A stretch of 64,000 bases of DNA, taken from positions 1-64,000 of the forward strand of contig MU626259.1 of the NCBI GenBank assembly GCA_025603075.1, written 5' to 3'. A program made the position numbers and the translations under genes. The notes beneath the pieces are model-generated. The model saw only the letters and a list, made by a program, of their open reading frames with translations, did no database searches and had not been told where the DNA came from. Origin of the DNA: Neoconidiobolus thromboides FSU 785. Its lineage: Eukaryota > Fungi > Entomophthoromycota. Shown piece after piece: positions 52,435 through 64,000 of the stretch (the stretch's first letter is position 1; each line of letters opens with the position of its first letter).

Positions 52435-53626
52435 ATAGTTATATTCTTTGTGTTGTCACTCAACATTGAGTATTATTTTTATATATATCAACTAATTCGG
52501 ACTTCCTACTCCAACTTTGTATAACTACTTTTATTTTACTTCACTCAAATAACTCATATTTGCAATTAGTAATATAATATATGATTTTAACAACTTTTCC
52601 TAAAGCTCAGAATATTTTAATATTTAAATTAAATTAAATAATAACTAAATAAATATAACATAGTGATATCATTAATTATTTGAATATAGTTAAAGGAAAA
52701 ATAATATCGTATATAACTTATGTTTGTTCTTAAAATTAAGTAGATATAGCCATTTCGCAAATAAATAAATTAATGGGTATAAATTTTGCACGGATTAGTT
52801 TATACATAAAAAACAGGCAAATATCACTTGCAATGTAAAACTTCTGTACTGTTTGCGCTTGGTGATTGTTCCCATAAGAATGTTCAAGTGATAGGTGCTT
52901 TAATATGATGAAACAAATGCTGCAATCCTAAGGTATAATTAATGACATGAGAATTTTTATCTTATTATCAAAGTATAGAAGAGTTACAATAGTCAAAAAG
53001 CATACCTTTATATACAATAGCTATCTTAGAATATGAAATGGTTGTATGTTACATAGTATTTGTATAATCAGTATATAATTCAGATATTGGAGGCTGAGTA
53101 GAATTTTTATAAAATTGAATGAACATACCTTGATATATTTGATTGAAAAACTCTGGCTAGCGTAAAGATATATTTTTATATCTAATGATTTATGATGGCA
53201 TTAGCTGTATTTCAATAACTTATTGATACTTTTTAAAAGCTTTTTTAATAAAAGTATGATTATGATCAGCCCAACATCGATCAAATTTAAAAAATAATAA
53301 TAATATAACTATAAGACAAATACTGTAATTAAATAAAAGGTCAATTAAAAAGGTAAGGATTTTACCATAATAAAGATGCTATGCGTTTGGTTTTATAAGG
53401 TGTTCTTATTTGCTTTGATAAAATAAATATTGGAATATTTTAGTTACATTCATAATTATATACTCAAATCGCTTAGATGCTTTTTAATCCTTAAAAACTA
53501 TTAATTCAATATCTAAAAAGATTAACATTATAATATATGTATTATAACCATGTTTTCATAAGAATCCAATTTTAAAAAAATTAGTGATAAATTAAGCAAA
53601 GATAAAATATAAGATAGTTTATTGAA

Positions 53627-54403
53627 CTACAAATATTGGTTGATGAAGTTTCTGAAAGCAGAGGTACGAGCCCAAACAGTTGGGATACCTCTATAAGCAC
53701 AAGGTTGTCCGAAAGAAGTAGTACCAATTAGGATAGCTTGGCCTTCAGCGACAGTAAAGAGAGGGCCTCCAGAATCACCATTGCAAGCATCTCTACCACC
53801 CTCCCCAGCAGCACAAACTTGTAAGCCGGTGTTGATATTCAAACCTTGATTGGCCCAAACTCGGGAACAACTATTTGGGTCGACAAGGGGAATAGAAACT
53901 TCTCTTAACAAAGCAGAGGGAGAGCCACCACCAGAAGTTAAACCCCAACCAGCAGCAATTACTCTAGAGCCAACTTGTTGACCATAAGTCCCATCGTCAA
54001 TTTTAATGCTACCAATATCAACGCTAGCGGGGGTAGCCAATTTCCACACAGAGACATCATTAACAAAGTTGTTTGGATTATATTGTGGATGAACAATAAC
54101 ACGAGAAACACGAAGAGCTTGACCACCCTCAGCACCGGCTGATTGTTGAAGGTTATGACGATGTACATTTACAGTGGCAGATAGCGGGGAGTTTTGGGAA
54201 CAATGGGCAGCGGTTAAAACAGTGGTTGGGTTAAGAATAATACCACCACAAAAGTGACGACCATTGGATTGCAAAGAAACTATCCATGGGTATTTAAAAG
54301 ATGGGCTAACCACTGTTCCTCCTACAATACGATCATTGTCTTGTGGGGCAGAGAATATAGTGCTAAAGAGAGCTCCTATAAGTAAAAATTGTTTGGTATA
54401 CAT
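53627..54403 (-). CDS. Secreted trypsin-like serine protease (S1A), copy 2, intronless
   Basis: Same length (258 aa) and N-terminus as copy 1; TAAHC, NDVS, DACNGDSGGP. Confidence 0.97.
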   Translation of the reverse strand: MYTKQFLLIGALFSTIFSAPQDNDRIVGGTVVSPSFKYPWIVSLQSNGRHFCGGIILNPTTVLTAAHCSQNSPLSATVNVHRHNLQQSAGAEGGQALRVSRVIVHPQYNPNNFVNDVSVWKLATPASVDIGSIKIDDGTYGQQVGSRVIAAGWGLTSGGGSPSALLREVSIPLVDPNSCSRVWANQGLNINTGLQVCAAGEGGRDACNGDSGGPLFTVAEGQAILIGTTSFGQPCAYRGIPTVWARTSAFRNFINQYL

Positions 54404-55411
54404 GGTTCAAGGATTAAAGATAAGTTTGATGCTCTACCATTTTAAAATATTTTATCATATTTATACTACCTTTATAATACCGTATTATTCAATTGAAACA
54501 AGATTAACTTTGATAAATTCACGTTATATGTCATTATATTATTTATTATGGATAATATAGTAAGCTAATAATCATGTATAAGCACCATTGTATTATAGAA
54601 AATAGACTGATCTTTGTCGAAGATATTCTTTTTTTCAAATAAAAATTTCAAGTTTACAATAATACTTATTTAGCAATTAACTTCCAAAATAAGAGTAGAT
54701 TTTCATCAAGATTTTATTTAATTATACATATTAGCTTATACCCTTGGTGGCTTTTGTCTTAAAATAGATTATGATTAAAAAACAAGGAAAATCTAGGTTA
54801 ATTTGTGCTAATAGTTCGCTAAATAATAATTTTCTACTTAAATACCTGTATTTCTGAGTCAAGGTTCACTTTCGACATTGGATTATACTAATATATATAT
54901 GTAGCTTTTCGCTATTTTGTCAACCTGTCATGTGTAACCATTATTAATATGGCTTTCTGTTATGACTTGTGTAGGGTTCATAAAGTTTCAACTACAAGTG
55001 GGAAAATATTATATATAGCTTTTTAACATCAGCCTAAAAATGAATTACTATTTTTATAAACAAGCTTTCAAAATATTAATACCGAAGTTACTATAGTTTA
55101 ATCCCAAAAGCGTTGTTTGGCTACTCCCACTAGCATCTTATAGATTGATTTTTAAAAAGTGGAATTTCAAATCATACTCTAGATTGTTATTTGAAACTTA
55201 CTTGGGAATTATAATTTCCCCACTGAGATATAAATAGGGCTAATTATGGATAACAAAAACGGCGCTTATTAGCTTTTTTAAGGGTAATAGTTTAATACGG
55301 AATATCTAGTAAGAGCTGTAGGTTAAGAGCATCAAGCCCTTAATAAACTAAGTCATATTGGTTAATGTATAATAAATATTAAAACCTATTATCTTCTATA
55401 TAAAGTAATAT

Positions 55412-55417
55412 GCGGCT

Positions 55418-55461
<44 letters not shown>

Positions 55462-55484
55462 GCGTTCAATCCGCGGTGGGCGCA
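55412..55484 (+). tRNA. tRNA-Phe(GAA), intronless
   Basis: 73-nt cloverleaf: D arm GCTC/GAGC, anticodon arm TCAGA-CTGAAGA-TCTGA, T arm CCGCG-TTCAATC-CGCGG; T-run downstream. Confidence 0.95.
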
Positions 55485-55954
55485 TTTATCTGTACACTTT
55501 TTAAAAAACAACGTTTTTTTTGATTGATCTAAAGTACACATCAGTAAAAAATTTTAATATAATTATAAATTTTAATGATTAAAATCTATAATAAACTTTA
55601 GTATTTGAATTATCTATCAAAATTACTTTTTATGATATTGCTTTCAGTATATGAAGACATCAAATATTATTCAATATAAAATATCTCCAGTAAGCGTTTT
55701 AGATATGTTCATGAAAAAATGTATCACATCATATAAATATCAGATATTTTAAACTAAATTTGATAAAATATTCTATAATTGATTTAATTCGTTATAAGTG
55801 CAATCACCAAGGGATAAAATCTGATCATTCGTTCAAATGATTGGGTAAACGCGGCTGACAAACCATTGTCCAAAAATAGGATTTTTAATCCAACCATCCT
55901 GATTCTAGGTACATATTTTGAGAAAAAATAGCATCTTAAACGCAAACAAAAGGC

Positions 55955-58900
55955 ATGAAAGAAGTTGAAGGAATATTAGAGAAAGGATTGATAAGCAAAA
56001 GTCAAACAAAAAATAAGCCCAGCGAACTTAAAAAAAGAGTTAAAGAGCTTCATATACAGTTAAAAGATACTGAACAAGACTCAATTGATATAAAGAGCCT
56101 TGATAAAATCAAAAGAGATCTATTAAATTCCTTAATTATTAGCAATAAGGATGGACTAATTAAAGCAGTATCAGCCTGTTGTTTAGCAGATATAATGAGA
56201 TTATCCGTTCCAGATGTACCATATACTCCATCTGAATGTGAAGTATCGTATTATTTCAATTCCAATTCTTAAGTTTAATCTATTTTAGATTATTTTTAGA
56301 TTATTTTTATCTCAACTGAAGTTGCTTAAATCTAAGGACGAGGAGCTCGAAGACTATCATACTTTTTTGCTAAACTCATTAAATACAGTCAAAAGTGCAA
56401 GGTTGATTGTGACTGTTGATAGCGAAGAATTATTTCTGGATTATTTTGAAGGTATTTCGCAGTTGATAAAGTAAACTTTTGGTTGTTTTTTAAATTAAAG
56501 CTAATTTTTCAAAAGTGAGGTCAGTAAGGATTTCCAAGCAGGACTATTAGATGTGTTAGAACAAATTATTCATCAACTCTTTTTTGAAGATAAAGAAATC
56601 CCCAAATCTGTTTTGGAGCTTATCTTTAACAACATGGATGAAAAAAGACAAGTAATTTAAATGTTATAACAATTATTGAGTTTGAGTTATATTATAAATA
56701 GAAAGAGAATCCACAAGCCTATGCAATGACTAAGTCCCTTTGCAGAAATAATTCAGATAGTTTACAACCTTCAGTTGCAAAGGTAATCTCAAATAACAAA
56801 AGCGAACGTATTGTTTATTAAATTTATTAGTATTTTTCGGAATTCGTTCTCCCCAGTAAGAAAAAAATGGAACCAAGTGAAGAAAAAGAGAACTTAAAAT
56901 TAGTTGTAAAAGCTCATAAGCTTATCAAATTAATTAATTCTGCCGCCCCGACCCTTTTGTTAGCTGTTATGCCCCAATTGGAGCTTAGTTTGAATGTAAA
57001 ATAGTTTATAGAGTTAAATTATGGATATTTATTTTTACAGGATGAAAAGGAAAAGCTACGTCAATTATCAACTGAAACTTTAGGTTCTATTTTTGCTGGC
57101 TCAGATTCTAATCTTGCTTCTCGCTACCTAGTTTGTTGGAAAAGCTGGCTCAAAAGGTTTTTATTTAATTATAATTATAATTCTTGTTTAATGTTTTTAT
57201 AGGAGGTTTGACAAAGCACCTATCGTTAGAATTTCCTGGGTTCAACAATGTTCTTTATTTTATGAAATGAATTCTCCTTACATCAATGAGATTAGCAGTA
57301 AATAATTTCTATTATACATATTTATTTTGATCTATTGTATAGATTGTTTAGAAGATAAAATATTGGACGTAGATGAAAAGGTTCGTTCAGCTTGCTGTGC
57401 AACTATTGATAGTTTGGAATATCTTTACGTAAAGGAGGTTGTTCCTGAATCTTTACTAAGATCAATCTCTAAGCGCATTAGAGATAAGAAGGTAATCAAA
57501 ATTAACTTTGAATAGTTGAACTTATCTTATATATTTCTCATGTTTAGCACTCAGTTAGAGTTAACTCGATTAATTTAATAACTAAACTTTTTAACTGGAG
57601 TTATGAAGATCAGTATAGTAATGATTTAGAAGCGATCGAAAAGTTTTCTTGGATCCCTGATGAGCTTTTAGATGCTATGTATACAAACGAGAAAGATATA
57701 ATGTATTTATTCAAATAATTATGTTTATGTTTATTTATTTAGACTTATAGATTGCTTTGTGAAATTGGGTTTAGAAAAAATATATTAGAATCTTTAAAGT
57801 CGACTAATAGAGCAAACAAGCTTCTTTTTGTTCTTTCTAAACTAACTGAAAAATCATACAAAGCATTTATTGGAATGCTAAATAAGCAACAAGGGTAATT
57901 TTATATTTATATTGTTTTACCTATTAATTCTTTTAGTTTAACTAAAGATATGCATATTTTTATCGAAACCTGTAAAAAATTAGGAGTAATTATTTTAATA
58001 GATAATCTAAAAATTAGTTAACATTTTTAGGGTGAAATCAAAAAGTATTCAGAAAACGATGAGCAACTTATCCAATTAGCAACCTTATTATCTACTAGAA
58101 TTACTGGTAAAATTACAAATTTATTTGTTTTTTCGTTAATTTCCATTTTATAGATTTCTTGCCTAATTCACAAGCATCTGCAGAAGAATTATTAAAATAC
58201 TCAAGCAACAACGATCCTATATTCAATTCTTTAGTAGGGAAAGTACTCAATTCTTCACTTTCAATTTCTACTCTTAATACTTCTGCAGTAAGTTCAAACT
58301 ATTTTAAATGTAATCAAACTTAATTTTTTTTAGGTTAAAGCATTAGAAAGGATAGAAATAGTCGCGCCTAATCTCAAATCAATATTTGAAAACATTTTTA
58401 TAAAATTATCACCTTCTCTGATTCACCAGTCTTTAATACCAAGTATATTAGCTAAGATTAAGATCAAAAATAATACATCAAAATATAATGAACTACCAGA
58501 AAATCATAGAAAGATTATATCAACAGCTGAGGAATATTTATCAGTAGCTATTATACTTTGTAATTTTTTAGCATAACTAATTATATAACATAGGACATTG
58601 CTGAAATATATCCAATCCTATTTGGCAAACACATTTTAGATATTTCAGACATCTTAAATAGTGAAAAGTGTAATAAACTAAAATGGCTGAAAACATTATC
58701 GAAGTATTGCCTTGTAGCCAAAAAAACTTTACCGGTTATAAAGTAAGTATACAACTCAAGCTTTGATTCTTTTATTGATTTTCATAGGGAACTTAATAGT
58801 ACATTAGAAAACATCATTACAAATGGTACGCCTCAAGAGAGTAAATATGCTGCTATTTCAATATCTTGTTTACCAAATGCTGATCAACAAATTGATACAT

Positions 58901-60637
58901 GGGTTAACCGTACAGTTGATAATTTGGATTTAAAGTCTGATAAGCTAGCCACTCACCTTAAAGCACTTGCTCAGCTAATCAAATATAGCACCTTTTATGT
59001 AGAGCAACAAATTGAAAATATTATGAAATTTGTATTTGATAAGTTACTGATAAAAAATTTAAAAGATGTAATCAGTAATTAATTTACATATATACCTAAC
59101 TCATTTCTATTTAGGTTGATGTTGATGGCAACACATTTAACACAGAGGAGTTACCAGGTATACTACAGGCTAAAGTAAGACACTAAATTACATTCTTGAA
59201 TTTTAATATTCAATCATTTTTAGTTATACGCCATTTCTTTCTTGGTAAATCGAGTAGACTATTATGCAAATAATAAGAAATGGGCTGAACTTGCTAAGCC
59301 AGTATTTTTCCTTTTATGGGCCATTTTAGAAAAGGATGGAGAACTACAGGAAGAAAATGATACACCGTAAAGTTATAATGTTTTAAAAAGTAAGAAATAA
59401 CTTATGTTTTTGTTAGAAATTTCATCAAGTCACACCTTCGTATCAAAGCAGCCACATCAATTCTTAAATTAGCCAAGCATCCGAACTATTTTCAATATAT
59501 TTCTCCAAGGCAGTTTATTTTATTGGCACAGACTATTCAAGTAAATTAGTTATGTATAGCTTATAAAAATAATTGATCGAATTATCTTAGGATCCATATT
59601 TATATGTCCGTGAAAGGTTTAGCTTGAAGCTGATTAAGTATTTGAGATCCCAAATTTTACCTACTAAATTTGTAACTATATTGTTTTGTGCCGCTCATGA
59701 GGGAGACTATGACTTAAAAAGCCAAGTAATTCATATGATATTTTTATTTTCAATTTATAACTTTGTAGATCACTTCATTTTGTAAAACGTATTTAAGTGC
59801 CAGTAAAATTGGTAAGCTAATTTTTTAATAAAATAGTAATCTCTAACTATTTTTAGGTAAAAGATCAGCTCAGTTGATCGAAGGCACAATCGCAAGGCTT
59901 ATTCATCTTCTAGCACACGATCCAGAATTCTCAAATAAACCATCGAGCCTTAAACTTTTTGCAAAGTGAGTACTAAAATAGTTTATATTCAATGTGATTA
60001 ACTCTTTTAAGGTATTTCGAGTTCTTTTTATCATGCATTGCGACATCAGAAAATATTTCATACATCTATTCAATAGCTGGTAGGGTAAAGTCTTTGGAAG
60101 ATTGTGTAGATCCATCTAAAAATGAGGTACCTAAAGTATTTCCATCTTTGTGTTATATAACTAATTTTATTAGAACTTATATGCCCTAAGTGATCTTTGT
60201 CAATACGTTATTAACTTAAAAAAGGATAGAAATCATTGGGTAGTAGAAACGTATCCTGTTGAAATTAAACTTCCTAAAGAGCTGTTTAATCCTTTACCTT
60301 ATAACCAACAAAATAGAGATGTAACTTTTTATTTATAATTGATATCACTTTACTAACATATATGTTGTAGAACTTAATGAAGAGTTTTTTGCCATCTGAG
60401 TTCCAAGACGATTCAATTCATTTCATGAAACCTCCAGAAATAGAATCTACCCCAGTTCAGGTAGATTACATAATGTTGACGATTTTTTTACTAATTTTTG
60501 TAATAGACTAGATCCAAAGATGATTCAAAGAGAAAGAATACTGAGGAACCGATAGCAAAAAGAAGCAAAAAGTAAATTAACTTGTCTATTTATACATAAT
60601 ACTAATGCATTTTAGAACTACCAAAGCAGATGCATAG
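55955..60637 (+). CDS. PDS5: Sister-chromatid cohesion protein PDS5 (HEAT repeats), about 25 exons
   Basis: LKKRVKELHIQL, VSACCLADIMRLSVPDVPYT, LLLAVMPQL..ENEKLRQLSTETLG, DVDEKVRSAC, RIRDKK, QDPYLYVRERFSLKL, PEKYFIHLFNS. Confidence 0.92.
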
Positions 60638-60835
60638 CTCTAACTGTTTTAATTTTTAACTTAAATAAATTTATTTTGCTTAGTAAATTAAGTTATTTTT
60701 TGAATTTAGCTTTCAAGATAATATATTAAAGTCGAAGGGAGTAAATCCAATGCTCTACTTGTTGTATAATATTTCAAATAATTGGTACTATTTTATATAA
60801 CTTATTTTTGATAAAAAGGAAGGTTAAAATTTACT

Positions 60836-60858
60836 TGCGCCCACCGCGGATTGAACGC

Positions 60859-60902
<44 letters not shown>

Positions 60903-60908
60903 AGCCGC
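60836..60908 (-). tRNA. tRNA-Phe(GAA), identical inverted copy
   Basis: Exact reverse complement of 55412-55484. Confidence 0.95.
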
Positions 60909-61319
60909 ATATTACTTTATATAGCAACAGTAGATTTTAGATTTATATTAAATTTTATTAGCTCTTAAAACAGCAGATCCCAATATACATAGTGAGAGGC
61001 ATTATCCAAGCTGCACAATACACCTTCCATCTATCAATAGCTTTCTTCCAGAGCTTTTTATTTTCAGCAACCGCCTGTTTGCTACAGCGTCATGCATTTT
61101 TTAAACTTATTATTTATCCATAATAATCGAAACTATTAAGTCATTAGATTCTTAGTTTTAATATCAAAAAAACCTTAATCCTCACTATTTGAATCCATAA
61201 TTAGCACTTTACACTTTCGAAATTTATAACTGTCAAAATGACTCAAATAAATATTCTCACGTGATTTTTCATAGTATAAATTGAATAGGGGTTGACCATT
61301 GGTATTTATTTTATTAAAT

Positions 61320-62370
61320 ATGTCACTTAACTTTACATTAAAGATACCAGCAAGCAGCGCAAACTTAGGACCAGGATTTGATACCTTAGGATTAGGATTA
61401 AAATTGTATTTGACTATCAAAGGAGAATTTATAAAAGAAGAAGGGGCAGATGAAGTTGAGTTTAGCTTTGAAGGAGATGGCAAAGAGCTTATGAGTAAAG
61501 ATAGAAAGGAGAATTTAATTACAAAAAGTATGTATTGTTTGCTTGAAAAGTATGGAAAATCAATCATCAATGGGAGATTAAAACTTCATATCAAAAATAG
61601 CGTGCCTTTAGGAAGAGGGTTAGGTTCTTCGGCTTCAGCAGTGGTTGGTGGTGTTATGCTTGGAAATGAGGTTTCTGGTTTAAATCTTAAGGAAAGCGAG
61701 ATCCTCAATGTTATATTAGATATTGAAACTCATCCAGATAACGTAATACCTTGTTTTAAAGGTGGTTTAATTACAAGCTATGTTGATCAAAAAGCTGAAA
61801 ATAAAGTGGGCTATGTTAAGCTTCCACTTAATAAAAATATACGTGCTATATTAATAGTACCAGATTACCCCTTAGAGACTAGTAAAGCTAGAAAAGCTTT
61901 ACCAGAAAGTTATACGAGAGAACAAGTGGTAATCTTTATAAATATTTTTTTATTTTTTTATTTCTTATTTTTCTTTAAGGTTTTTAATTTGCAAAGATTG
62001 ACTGTATTGTGTAGCTCATTATGTCAAGAAGAATTAAATGCAGACTTGATCTATAATTCAATGAAAGATAAAATTCATCAACCATATAGACAACACTTAG
62101 TATGATTATTCATTTACATTTATTTCTTTTAATAATTCTTAGATTCCTGGTTTAGAAGAATGCTTAAAAACTTTGACTCCTTCAAGTCTACCTGGATTAC
62201 TAGGCATATGTCTTAGTGGTGCAGGACCTACCGTATTAGCCCTTGCCAGTGATAACCTGGACACTATTGGCAATACTATTAAAAAAATTTTAGACAAGGA
62301 AGGTAAATGTGATTGCAAAGTCATGCCTCTACAAGTGGAGCCTAAAGGTGTAGAAGTAATTTATAATTAA
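61320..62370 (+). CDS. THR1: Homoserine kinase (GHMP family), 3 exons
   Basis: PASSANLGPGFDTLG, PLGRGLGSSASA, HPDN, DKIHQPYR, LSGAGPT. Confidence 0.95.
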
Positions 62371-62428
62371 AAATAATAAATAAACTCAATTTTTTGTTAA
62401 CTATTTTATTATAATCTGAATTACAATT

Positions 62429-64000
<1,572 letters not shown>

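Overview
Eukaryotic, strongly AT-rich fungal DNA with many short (~45-60 nt) GT-AG introns. The intronless trypsins, F-box/RNI-like gene and base composition suggest an early-diverging entomophthoralean fungus such as Conidiobolus (inference only). Genes in order: secreted Ser/Thr tandem-repeat protein, SNRNP25-like (U11/U12 25K) gene missed by the ORF track, inositol monophosphatase, divergent CDC23/APC8-like gene, trypsin 1, SLC25A39/40 (MTM1) carrier, NOPCHAP1/C12orf45-like gene, transcription cyclin, PMA1, C2-domain gene A, BCS1, SOD2, NHP2, cyclophilin H, CDC10-like septin, C2-domain gene B (inverted paralog of A), GPI-type surface protein, SPO22/ZIP4-like gene, F-box gene, acyl-CoA oxidase pseudogene, MCT-type MFS pseudogene, trypsin 2, tRNA-Phe, PDS5, a second identical tRNA-Phe in inverted orientation, THR1 and the 3' part of cullin-1. 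The main non-genic signal is a ~97-bp non-autonomous element with GGGG..CCCC termini and an apparent 4-bp AWAT target-site duplication, present 12 times and always intergenic. Exon boundaries and homology calls were made by eye and from memory of family motifs, without database searches.
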